From NCBI RefSeq assembly GCF_963853765.1, contig NC_088854.1, forward strand, positions 7,440,001 through 7,504,000: a DNA stretch of 64,000 bases, written 5' to 3'. The position numbers were made by a program, and so were the translations under genes. Numbering within the stretch: the first letter of the stretch is position 1; each line of letters begins with the position of its first letter. A model generated the notes under the pieces. The model was not told the DNA's origin and did no database searches. It saw nothing but the letters and a program-made list of their open reading frames with translations. The DNA comes from Magallana gigas. Taxonomy: Eukaryota. Below are positions 44,764 through 57,025 of the stretch, piece by piece.

Positions 44764-47428
44764 ATGTCGGAGATTCAGATCGCCTTGTTTTTTTCTTCGC
44801 TAATATCGGTTTCAGGTAGGTGATACACCTGTGAGTAAAGATATACAGACTTTTCAATGTTAGGATATGCGAGAGCTATCTATCTAGGGGACATTTAGCA
44901 TGTTCTGACAAGATTTTAGTGGACCCCCTTCGAACAAATCGTAAACAATCTCAACACAGAAGCATAAAAAAATCTGCATTCACTAAAGCTACTCGTTCAT
45001 AATTTTTGGGGGGTTTCCTCTGCAAGAAGAGGAAAACTTGTGAAACTTTCTAAGATTAGATAATGACTTAGGCATGCAGTTTCTTTTGTTTGGAGTCTGT
45101 GATAACGGTTGATCTCTATTTTTCGTGTCTTTAGCTGGTGATTATTGCCCAGCGACTGGTAACCAGTTTTACTGCGAGTATGGATGCTGTGGAAACTCCT
45201 GTTGCCCTAACGAGTAAGTAACCCGCCTCTCGCCCCGATCCGAAGTGTGTTTAATTGTAAGAAATGCCTAAAGGAGGCTGAACGGTCAACATATTAACCA
45301 CAGGATATACCTTAAATTTTTAAACTTAATATCTTAACCATAAATTATAATTTAGTAAAGAAATATTGCTAATTATTTAGATTTAAAATTTGAATATTTT
45401 CTTAGCTCTTCTACAGGTGATAATTATAATAAACTGAAAATGGCCACAGTCATTCAGCACTTTAATATTAAGAAGTGTTATTTTTTCAGGGTGGCGATCG
45501 GGGTGGGGACGACCTTTGGTGCTCTAGTCCTGTTGATCATAGCTGGGGGAGTGTTCATCTGCTGCATACAGAGAAGGTACAGCCCCAAAGAGGAGGTCAA
45601 GTTCACCAAAGACGGCTTCACACAGTATGAAAAAAGTAAGTTATATGTCACATATCAATGTCAAGAGATTCAAATCAATCAAAATTTGCTTCTTGCCTAT
45701 AAGCATTTTTCTTCTGTTATGCGTTAAATCTTCAGGACCCTAACAAAATATTTTTTGTGGAGAAAATTATATCGTATTAAAGTATAACAGTTCATGATGA
45801 GTTAATTTACATACTAGTAGGTGATACTGGTATGCCATTTTAGCCGATGAAAAATCTTCATAGACATAAAAGTAAAAATGAACAAAAATTGCCTTTTATA
45901 CATGGGGAAAATGAATTCAAATACTATTTTAATCTCATAAGTTCAGAGTATTTGAATTGAGTTCTAATTCTAACTTACACTTTAGAAAAAAGTTGTTTCT
46001 CTTTACGTCAAATATCAGGTCCCTTTTACATATATAACTAAAATACCCCTGAACTCAGTGTACAATCCATAGATGGTCTTTAACATTGTTTGCTATCTGT
46101 CTCCTACAAAGATCCAGTTGGTATTTAGTGTACAATGCATAGATGGTCTTTAACATTGTTTGTTATCCGTCTCCTACAAAGATCCAGTTGGTATTTAGTG
46201 TACAATGCATAGATGGTCTTTAACATTGTTTGTTATCCGTCTGGTACAAATAGATCCAGTTGGTATTGCTGATATGACGCCTACAGTTCCAGACCGATCC
46301 AGACGACGCAGGTCCACTATTGCGCCACAACCACCCCCAATTTGTAAGTACAACGAACCCCAAATTATGATTACACCCTCAAAACAAGTAGGAAGATTTG
46401 AATATCGTATGAATCAAAACAGTTAATGACGACGCATGTACAGTATAAACATGGATAGGTTCGCAGGGGAACTACATTATTACCATTGGCATAATGCACC
46501 AAAATCTCTTTATAGACTATTAATAGATTTGTTTTAAAGTCTCATCTATCATGAATTTCTGGCTGTTACACTATTATAACAAAAGAAAAAAATTACACAA
46601 ATACATAGTTCCACTTGCTAATATAAATAAAATGTGTTTATTAAATAATAAATTGGGTTTTTATGGTTTATGCGGGATATGAAGGTGGCGTCATAGCAAA
46701 AATACATAAGGCGGGTTATGTAAATTTTCTTTTGCAATGATAGCCACCTTCATAACCCGCAAGAATCATCAACGAAAGCACAAATTTTTGTTTATTTTTA
46801 TGTATTTCTTTTATCAAATTAATAAATTGATCGTAAAAATAAAATAAAATTCACTAAATTACTGTTGATGTACATTAGTACATTAGATAAAAGAAACAAC
46901 CAAATCGTCACCGATGGAAATTTTTCTGAGGTTGCTTTAGGTTTCGACCAATCAAAAAACGGGGCGTTAAGATTTCAGTCCTGTCAGTTTCTACAGCTGC
47001 TCTATTGAGCTATGAATTAACTATAAAGTTCCGTTCGAAATAGAGGAAATCAATACTCGGTAGATGTAAACAAAAAATGTAATTGTACATTCACTCCATA
47101 TACATGTATCTATTTTTAAAGATAAAAATATGGTTTTAAAAAACCGATCGAATGTTATTAAATCCTGTGGAGGAAGTCTGAACGGCTCCAAGAAGATTTG
47201 ATCACGTTAGCCACTAAGCCACTGTTATCCTTATGATCTGTTTAGCACTTTTTCATATTAATTTAGCATCTTAACGAGTTTTCTGGAAAAAATCTTTTTT
47301 ATTTCTTTGACATTTTCTATCTAGTTGCTTTGAAGAAACAAGAAAAAGTGGAGGAGGAAGAGAAGGATGTAGAGGTGGGGGAGAGAGAAGCCACAACAGA
47401 CGACACCGCACCAAAGGAACCGGTGTGA
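44764..47428 (+). CDS. Small type-I membrane protein with a Cys-rich ectodomain (CYYR1/VOPP1/Shisa-like CX module), 156 aa
   Basis: Exons 44764-44815, 45135-45213, 45490-45635, 46254-46343 and 47325-47428 (471 nt). Signal peptide, then YCPATGNQFYCEYGCCGNSCCP, then TM VAIGVGTTFGALVLLIIAGGVFICCI, then a Pro-rich/acidic tail. Confidence 0.8.
46057..46266 (+). repeat. 3 x 70-bp tandem repeat spanning an intron/exon junction
   Basis: Units start at 46057, 46127 and 46197. Confidence 0.95.
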
Positions 47429-47949
47429 ACACGTGGTGCATCACATGACCACATTTTATGGATGTGCCAGTAACAATGGATCTAGGTAGTTTGCAACGGG
47501 GTCCGAAAATATGTGATCATAAGACTATTGGACACTTTGAGATTAACCATTCTTCAGCTATGTAGGAATATATGTGCTGGTTGCGGTGTGTTTTCAATTA
47601 CATGTATGTGTATGTGTCATAGTAGTGCTACTTACTTCGCGGTCATTCTCAAATTTCATATTTATATTTTCGCACGATTTATATAAGTAAATCATTGTCG
47701 TCCTCGATGATTTAATACCATCGTTAAAGACAATAAATCAAGAACACAGTAATGCTTTAGTTTTTGTACTTTTATTAATTTCTTCCAAATAATAGGATGC
47801 AAACACATTAGAGGACTTAGTTAAATACATAATGATTTTCGGTAATATTTACATTCCTCTCGTAAGCATCACAGTTACCAACATTTAAATGTCTGGTGAT
47901 TAGTGACTCGATGAATGAAACTTGTCAGTGTCATCTGGTTCAATGCATC

Positions 47950-48325
47950 TCTAGTTCATGATAGTTACATGATCCATGATACTTGTTCATGCATGACAAG
48001 TTCATAAGTGACCCAATGCATCATATTTGTTCAACACATCGTAGGTTCATGATAGCGATCCGATGCACGATACTTGTTCTATTTATCACAGGTTCGTGAT
48101 AGTAATCGAACGCACGATACTTGTTCAATTGATCACAAGTTCATGATAGTGATCCGATTCACTATACTTGTTCAATACATCACAGGTTCATGATAGTGAT
48201 CCGATGCACGGTAATTGTTTGTTATATACATCATAGGTTCATGATAGTGACCTGATGCATGATGGTTGTTCAGTGCCATCTCGGGTTAATTGTTTTAATT
48301 CATCACAGGTTCATGATGCACAGTG
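47950..48325. repeat. ~47-bp minisatellite (~8 copies) in the 3' UTR of the minus-strand LRRC74-like gene
   Basis: GTTCATGATAGTGATCCGATGCACGATACTTGTTCAATACATCACAG at 48045, 48092, 48139, 48186 and 48237, with degenerate flanking copies. Confidence 0.85.
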
Positions 48326-48517
48326 CATTAGTTTACTATTGCATCTTAGTCCTGTTACGATAAGGACGTATTCTTTGGCCATGATATCCATGAGGTTGTT
48401 TACCACGTGGCACTGACGATAAAACTAATCTTATACAACAACCTGAAAGATTTGACAGACAGTCTGTGTGCACTGTAATGGATGGGGTTGATGAGGAACA
48501 CGCGGGCTCCTGGGACT

Positions 48518-51500
48518 CTAGGTTTTGTCGCTCAGTGAAGACAGGATGATCTTGTCTATCCCTTGGAGGTTTTTCTTCTCTTTCCTTGCCGCCTTTTCCC
48601 GCTCTTGTTTTCTTCTCAACTGTCGCCTGAACGCCCTCTCGCCAATTAACAGCTCTCTGGAAAATTTGAACAGGAAGTCGAACAAGGTATTTTTCAGAGT
48701 AAATCAAAAAACTATAAATACTTGTATTGCCGATATTGCTACTGAAGCCGATGGCTCTACTGTGACATCAGAACACATAAATGAAGCGTCACACTTTATA
48801 ATTGCAACTACATAAAACAACACTCAAACACAATAACTAACAACGAGATAAAACATTCATTGTCAGCGCAGCAAATCTATGAAATCATTTATGACAATTA
48901 AGCAAGAAATGCACAGAAGGCAACAAGTTTCCCCGGCACATTTAAGCGATTCCAGCTCACAGCGGTATAACTACAACAGCCATCTTACCATTGAGAAGTT
49001 TCTCCAGTTTTCTAGTGTGTTTCAAAAAAGTAATCATTATTTTGAATGGTAACAAAAGTAAATGGTTGAATGTACATGTATGGTGGATATGACGTAGCGA
49101 GAACTTACGAGAAGTCGACCTCGCCGTCTCCATCCATGTCTAGTTTGTCCAGCATGACGTCCAACTGGTGCTCCGTCAGGGGAACCTCCGCGGTCTGTGT
49201 CATAGGAAGAATAACAAATGATATTAGAACCATTCTAACAAGACCTTGGACTTTCAGTAGGATGTAACTATGTATTTCTTGCGTCAAACAAGTTAAAAAT
49301 GACTCGATTTCAAGCGAAATTTGCACCGATTGCGTATGACAAATCAGACAAATCAGCTATGGCTGAGTGGCGGACAATGAAATAGACAGGCCTACGTCAC
49401 ATTGCTGTTTAACACAACTACCCAAAGTCCAAGGTCTTGTTAAAATGGTTCTATAAGTAAAAAGAATCAATGCTTACTATCAACAGAAACCAATGCTTCC
49501 GATTACTCATAATCAATGCTTGTTTATTTACCATCTGATATCAGTGCTTAGCGTAGACACAAACTAGTGCTTGCTATCAACACAAACATGTTTTTATTAC
49601 CAACAGTAACATCTGCTTAAAATTACTATCAATAGAAACTACCCATAGTGTTGAAAAGTGCTTTATTATCATTAGAAAACAGTGTAAACTTACTGTTAAC
49701 ATGACCAGCCCAAACTTTATTATTGAACACAGACAAGCGCTTACCATTATGCCCCGTTTGAAGATTACCATTATGCCCCATTTGACGCTTACCATCATAC
49801 CCCGCTTGACGCTTACCAGAATGCCCCACCTGACGCTTACTTTCATGCCCCGCTTGACCCTTACCATCATGCCCCGTTTGACGCTTACTATCATGCCACA
49901 CTTGACGCTTACTATCATGCCCTACCTGATGCTTACTTTCATGCCCCGCTTGACGCTTACCATCATGCCCCGTTTGACGCTTACCATCTTGCCCCGTTTC
50001 ATCTTTACTATTATGCCCCACTTGACACCTACCAGCATGTCCCACTTAACGCTTACCATCATACCCCGTTTGATGCTTACCATCATGCCCCGTTTGATCT
50101 TAACCATCATGCCCCGTTTGATCTTAACCATCATGTCCCACTTAACGCTTACCAGCATGTCCCACTTAACGCTTACTTTCATGCCCTACTTAATGCTTAC
50201 CATCATGCCCTCTTTGATGCTTACCATCATGCCCCGTTTAAACTCGTCTCTACTGACGCTCATGCTGCCGTCCTTGTCCAGCCACTTCATCAGGTCGATC
50301 ACCCGGTAGTTGTGCTCACTCATATACTTGTACAGCTCATAGACCGCGTCCAGATTACCGTCTATTCCATCACCTTTACGACCACGCCCATTCTCCCGCT
50401 TTATCACGTGACCATACACTACTTCCAGTGACTTTGTGGATTGAATGTCGTCTAACAGGGTCAGGAATTCTTCGTCTACTTCATTGTTCTAAATGAAATA
50501 CAAAATGGCGTTTCCTTTCTTACACTTGTCGTCCCCGAAGTTCTATGAGGGTTAAATAACTTATTTCTATTGTCTTACCTCAAAGTCCAGTAGATTGACT
50601 CTGCAGGTCTCGGACTGGCCAATACAGGTCAGGATTACCATGGCAAGCTCGGGCGTGATGCAGTTTCCTCCCAACTACCAAAAGAAAAACTATTAACTCT
50701 GTAAACATTTTTTACTTGAAGAGGTGCAGTCGTAGAACATAGGAACAGGTGGTTTTACCGACAAAAAAAGGCAGAATTCCTAATTTTGAATCCTTACCCT
50801 GAGAATTTCCAGGCCGTCGCTATCTTTGACCCCCTGCATTAGGAACCCCAGGGCCTCCTTCTCCAGACGGTTGTGGGAGATATCCAGTTCCTTCAGAGTC
50901 GTGTTCTCCTTCAGAGATTTGCTCAACACTATGGCGTCGTTTTTGGAGAACCCGTTCCAGGCTAAGTCTAGCTTCCTCAGCCCTATATTTTTCTATTTCA
51001 TAAACAGATAAAAACTTTGGCATAAAGAATTGATGCACCTAGATCCTAATAAATCTCGCCTAGTATCAGTATCACTTATACAGAGCGGTCTTACCTGCAG
51101 ACTCGCTGCGATTGACATGGAACCTTTTCCTCGGAGATGATTCCAACTCAGATCAAGAATTCTTAGTGTATCGTTATTGGCTAAAATGTGAAAACAATAA
51201 CACAGTCATACAAATCTTTTAAATATAAAGATATAAGATGTGTTATAATATTTTTATTTCTTACGTTAAAATCATCGCACAAAATACTAGTATCAATATT
51301 CAATGATTTATTACTTGCCTCGTGTAAACATGCTTATCTTTGAAACCTCATCAGGTTATATCATTTTTATTAAAATTCCACGAATATTTTAATACCGTTC
51401 AAATCCGTTACACGTGAATTAATATCTGAAGCAGGGCTTTGTTTCACGAAAAAGACTTATGACAATGAAGCACAAGTCTCCCGGGCCAAAAACTAAAAAT

Positions 51501-54500
51501 ATAATTAGGCATGCAGGTTTTTGGTTTTTTTTTTTTTCTTTTTTTGAAAAACTGAATTATTCCCCTTATATCATGTGAAACAAGATTTATTACTCGAAAT
51601 GTTTCAATTCCATTGCTTAAGTATATTTCACTAGTATTATATTCAAACATTTGGTCAATATAGATCAGGTCACACCTGTTCACCAGACAAACCAAAAGGA
51701 CAATTTACCTATTGCTGTTGCGAGGATGTAGCCGCCTTGGTCACAGATGCCATTGTGGCTTAGTATCAGTTCCCTTAATGTAGTGTTATTCTGTACAAGA
51801 AAACAATGGCTCTGAATTGATCAAGTTCATTAAAATTCAGGATAAAGGAAATAGACAAAGTTTGATTGTGAATTTACCTGCAAGATCTTGGCAAGAAGAT
51901 GGGCGTCGCTATCGACTAGACTGCTGCCTAAACCAGAGAGAAAAAAGATTTGGTTTGTGAAAGTCTAATATTATCTACACTGAGACAAAGGCCATGTAGA
52001 AATAAATTAATGGTTTCCACTGGCAGTAACGATTTCAACTAATCAATGTCTTTGGTATTACACGGAGTTTCTATTTTACGTACATGTACATGTCTGATGG
52101 GTTTTTTTGTATTTACCTTAAAACCAGTTACATGCCAGTTAAATTCCCAGACTAAAAATCAACATAAGAAAACATTCTGTTGATCTGGTATACTGAACGT
52201 TGTAAGATTGCCTCCAGACACTGTAATGGTTGCTTAGAAGCTAACGTTGTCTAACTATATCACAACTTTGTAATGTATTAGTACAAACGTATACGTGTAC
52301 ATGTAGGTCCTCACCAGAGATGTCCAGCGACTGGATGACTTGGTTGTTGACCATTAGGTCAGATATTGCACGTAAGCCCTGGCTTCCTATACAGTTCTCG
52401 GAAAGATTCTGAAAACAGATCTACCAGTAATTGTTCATTGATATATTCTGGACAGAGAAAGAAGTACAAAACACATAGAAACATCAATGGATTAATATTA
52501 ATCTTACTTGAAATTAAATATTGTAAGTGTTCTTAAAAAATTTGCTCAATATCCTTGCTTGAAATCCACGTTTAACAAATTTTGCATTTCTTTGTATATA
52601 ACTTAATTCTTTTGCATTGATTTTATATTTGTATGATGCTAATTGATTGTTCCAGGAATCTGTTGTACAAAAACTAACGGTACATGAATTTTTTATAGAT
52701 CAAATGTTTAGCGACTGACTAGCTACATCATACAGCATTTGAAAATCTATATATTGAAAATCACTTTATTGGTGCATAAATATTGAAAATCGTTCACAGG
52801 CACCTCTGTTCTTAAGGTGGTATTGAACATCTGTCGATAATAATGTGGATTAAAGAACATTATGATTAAAATACTTCCTCTTGTTTAAAATTGTAAACTT
52901 TTACAATATTTAACCAAAAACACTTTTTTTGAAAGGCAAAATTTGTTAAAATCCCTAGCGGATCGATTCGAACTCACTGTTTACAATTTTGTAGAGAACC
53001 CTTTAACCCACTGTTAGGTGACAATTATGGAAGAGAAATTATTCATAAAATTACAATTGTTTTTGTTTATTTCGATAAATAGTACGTCACAACATGAAGG
53101 TGTCTCATACCACTTTAAATAAAAGTCACCACAGCATAGCACTGATTGGTGGATGATAGAATACTCACCACATCAACAATGTTAGTGTTAATTTCCAGCA
53201 TTTCAGCGATGGCCTTCGCTCCTTCTGCCTCGATTCCATCATCTTCCAAATCCAAATTTGTCACTGTGTCGTTATTCTGAAAAAGATCATATTTTCAAAA
53301 AATCGTTTACAAATTTAAAGTTTTTTTCTGAAATAAAATATATTTCACACATAATCATCAACCATCATTGTTAATTGTGGTCTTATTTTAAAATCAGTTC
53401 AATGCCTGTGAATATGGCTGGATATTAAATCAGATATCGAATCCTATAAATTTGAGACTAGGACTGGGTATAGTGAGGTCTGTGGCCCTATCAGTGTCAC
53501 ACTAAGCATTGATATCGATGAGAGCTGAGCTTGACAATTTCCTGGGTCTGTTTCTGTTCATATTATTCTTTGCTCGGGGAGTAATGTGTCTATTTACATC
53601 AAGAACCTGAGTCCCCTAGGCCTCATCTGGAGACTTAATACATTATAAACACTAAATGTTTTATATTCAAAGTTTTAAAACAACAAAGTTCTAATTATAG
53701 TATTTATGTAGACCAGTTTAGAATTTTAAGCTTTATAACCATAACATATAAAGCATTGCGTTTACCTGCCAACTGTGGCCCATCACGGATAATGGGCTCA
53801 TCGTACAACTGTGCCCAAAATGACCAGCATTTATATAACTAAAACAGTTAAGAAAACGCACAATTTTGTATGTATCCAACTTACCCGTAGTGAGACTGTT
53901 TGTGCCCCAGTAGTACTCCTTATCTACGAGTCAAAGGTTCTGTGGGACTCTCACTGACTTACCAATAAAGCAATAGCGAGGGCCCGTGCCCCGATGGGTC
54001 CAATGCTGTGGTTCCGCATGACGATCCCTTTGTTGGACATCTGTCTGCTGAGGTAGGTGACGGGGGTGATTCCCAGGTGAGAGCACGAGTCTAGGTACGC
54101 CTGTAGCCTCTTTCTAGGCTTGATCTCTTCCTCTGGCTCCGGGGGCTCGGGGGTAACTGACGTGTAAAGCATGCCCATTGAACAGACATTGGTGAACATC
54201 CAAAAACCAATTAACATTTACAATAGAATACTGAGTATGAGCTTTCTTGGGTAGTGATGTTAGCATACTAACACAACGAGAATGGCTGAAATGAAATCGT
54301 AAACTACTTAATCACAAAATTTAATGATGTTTTAGAGTAACTCTAAATCTTAATCTATCTTGTCTGTGGATGTCCTATCATGCTGGAATACTATGTAAAC
54401 TAATTATTTTTTTTCGAAATCATACGCATAAAATTAAGAAACCCCATGCCCATGATGTCTGAACTGAAGATCTTAAATTGGAAGAAAACTTTTTATAAAT

Positions 54501-55894
54501 CAACTTTAAACCTACAGTGTATTGATATATTGTGATTTATCACACCTTTTAAATTACCTAGATACATTTGCCTTGGGTTTATATATAGTGCTTTAATCAC
54601 CTTGTTCTCTCATCTCGTTTCATTTTCTATATGAAATTTCACTTAAATAAAAAAAAGAATGTCTTATCGAAAGAGATTCCATTTTTACGAAAGCCCATTG
54701 AGCTCTTTGCGTAGGTAAAAAGAAATTATTTTCGCGAATAAATGCGAAACTTTCGCGAATAATCGCGTTAGTTACGCGATAAAACGCGAAACTTTCGCGA
54801 TATAACGCGTAACTTTCGCGATATAACGCGTAACTTTCGCGATATAACGCGTAACTTTCGCGATATAACGCGTTACTTTCGCAAATAAACGCGAAACTTT
54901 CGCGATTTAACGCGTAACTTTCGCGAATAAACGAGAAACTTTCGCAATTTAAGGCGTAACTTTCGCGAATAAACGAGAAACTTTCGCGATATAACGCGTT
55001 ACTTTTGCGATATAACGCGTAACTTTCGCGAATAAACGCGAAACTTTCGCGATATAACGCATGACTTTTGCGAATAAACGCGTAACTTCTATATAAATAG
55101 TATCAATTCATACAAGAACTCTAATGAAGAACAATGATTGAAAACAAATACAGTTTATTTTTAAATAAATACTTATTTTTCAGTATTATTATATCACCCG
55201 TTTTACGTTTATTTATGATAACAAAATTATCTATTTTTATATACACATTTATAGATATAAATAAATGTAATAAAACTTCATTTAACTATTGAATGTTAGA
55301 TGGTCCAAGTAGATATGGAGGTAGAACATTTTTAAATTCGCGAAAAAAATATTTTTATTAAATACGAAAATGAGCTCAATTGGCTTTCGTACATTTTATT
55401 ATATCTATGTGATCCAGTATGTGTAATCTTGAGTTTTACCAGAGTATCATAGGCTTTTGATCCCAAACCTTTCTAAGGAACAATATTGAATTCGATAAGA
55501 TCAACAAACATGACTTTGTATAGAAGTAAGAAACAGTACCATCAGCCATGATGTCATATCCGGTAAAAGTGAATTCCCTGATTGGCTGGAGCCGAGAGAC
55601 AGATCCCCTTGAGGGATTGTCCTCTCGCTCGGACCTCTGGGAATATGCCGTGCTTCGACCCGGTGCGGTTCCGGGTTTTGGCACAGTTTCTCTGTCTGTT
55701 TCCGACTGAACTGGAGATTGGGGCAGACTTCCGGTTCCGAGTGGAGGCCCGGCGTTGGTCGATTCCCGACTGTGACATCGTTTGTCGTGAAGTTTGAGTG
55801 AGGAGGAGCTCAGGTAGAGTGTGGTGGCTTTACTTCCGATCTGGACCTCGCTCCTTCCGGTGGCAATAAAGGCAGGTTTGGAACTATTCTTCAT
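48518..55894 (-). CDS. Second LRRC74-like LRR + EF-hand protein, ~582 aa
   Basis: 12 exons: 55894-55540, 54156-53963, 53276-53169, 52408-52315, 51927-51878, 51790-51709, 51180-51095, 50992-50798, 50674-50579, 50488-50225, 49194-49109, 48656-48518 (1749 nt). LRRs LDLSWNHL, LDLAWNGF and LDISHNRL. EF loops DKDGSMSVSRDE and DMDGDGEVDFSE. The start codon is tentative. Confidence 0.9.
49225..49453. mobile_element. TA-flanked MITE, copy 2 (intronic)
   Basis: TIR TAGAACCATTCTAACAAGACCTTGGACTTT with its reverse complement. Homologous to 42424-42640. Confidence 0.8.
49735..50248 (-). repeat. 24-bp minisatellite made of the exon/intron junction (21 donor-like units)
   Basis: Donor-like sites every 24 bp from 50224 to 49744. 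Consensus on -: GTAAGCGTCAAACGGGGCATGATG. Confidence 0.95.
52816..53114. mobile_element. Kolobok-like non-autonomous element with an internal tRNA-like segment
   Basis: TTAA on both sides. Imperfect TIR GGTGGTATTGAACATCT versus AGTGGTATGAGACACCT. B-box GTTCGAATC on -. Confidence 0.7.
54686..55391. mobile_element. IS3EU-like non-autonomous element with 21-bp CGCG-rich subrepeats
   Basis: TIR TACGAAAGCC(C/A)ATTGAGCTC. Perfect 6-bp TSD CATTTT. About 17 units of ACTTTCGCGATATAACGCGTA. Confidence 0.8.
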
Positions 55895-56963
55895 CGTGGC
55901 GGGTCCTATCTCTGGAGAGAGGACGGGCGTCCCGGGGGTGGCCTGGCAAGAAAATCAACTGGTTATTCCATTATTACCTGAGGAAATCTCAGCATCCCGT
56001 TATTCTTCGTGTCTTTCCAAACGTGTTATTCACGTGGTTTCACAGATATTTAAAAGTACTATAGTGTATCGAATGGTTGACCCTGACTGAGTGAGCATAG
56101 TTTTCTTAGAGGATCAGACACTCGTATTCAAATAAGTAAATTATTTAAAAATAAAACTAACATTCCATACAGATTTTGCATTCATGCTTTGATTGGCAAG
56201 ATATTGCCATCACAGAATCACTCCCGAAATCAAAACAAGAAGGATTTAAATGCTGGGTGACACCTACAGCCTATTATATGGAGGCTATTTTATAATTTGT
56301 ATTACTTAATTAAGTCACGCTATCCTTCCCGTACTTAATAAATTTTTCACGGTACTTTGTGAACTAGAAGTACATTGTACAGTGTAAGTGTCGCCAAATC
56401 ACCGAAACAAACAGTAGCTGATTACGGCGAGTCCCGATTGACTGGAACGGACTTACCTTAAACATTGATTTTGACACTGATTTGTAAAATTTCTTTATTA
56501 GTTTTCAATTAATAGTATATGTGGTCCTATACAATTGAGTTAAACACTAAATGTCACTAGTACTTTATTACTTATTTAAAAAAGCATGAAGGACAGGCTA
56601 GTGGTGTCCTCATACCGTGTACTAAATATAGGATGAAAAGACTAATAAAAGCATATTCTATGTATTCTGCCAACTGGATTAATCATATTTGTAAATCCGC
56701 AGATTTAGTTATGTCTAACAACATTTGTCAGGCCCCGAAGTTCGATATGATTGTATTACGCTTCATAATCAGAATATAATCTCCGTAATAAGGCGTATTA
56801 AGTGACAACTAAATACCACTTGTGCCTCTACAAAAGTTTATGAGTTCTTCAGCAAACTACTGGACTCAGTCCCAGCGATTTATATTGAATTGGATCAATT
56901 CAGCATATGAACAGTGTTTTACAAAGGTTTTAATAAGGATCATAGTTTTCACCAATCTGTTGA

Positions 56964-56968
<5 letters not shown>

Positions 56969-57019
<51 letters not shown>
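56969..57019. repeat. (GA)n microsatellite
   Basis: Direct inspection. Confidence 0.95.

Positions 57020-57025
<6 letters not shown>

Noticed and set aside
49701-50309. 202-aa plus-strand ORF of LTIMPRLT repeats (and the minus-strand repeat ORFs 49577-50182)
   Set aside because: By-product of a 24-bp repeat that lacks stops in that frame. It is antisense to a well-supported gene and has no independent gene signals.
53760-53940. Two extra donor-like sites (GTAAAC, GTAAGT on -) suggesting cassette exons in intron 2 of the minus LRRC74-like gene
   Set aside because: No convincing acceptor or open frame was found, and the flanking exons already join in phase and match the paralogue.
54720-55090. 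Regular short repeat array considered as a CRISPR or a CpG island
   Set aside because: No unique spacers and no cas genes in a eukaryotic context. The CpG richness comes from the transposon subrepeat.
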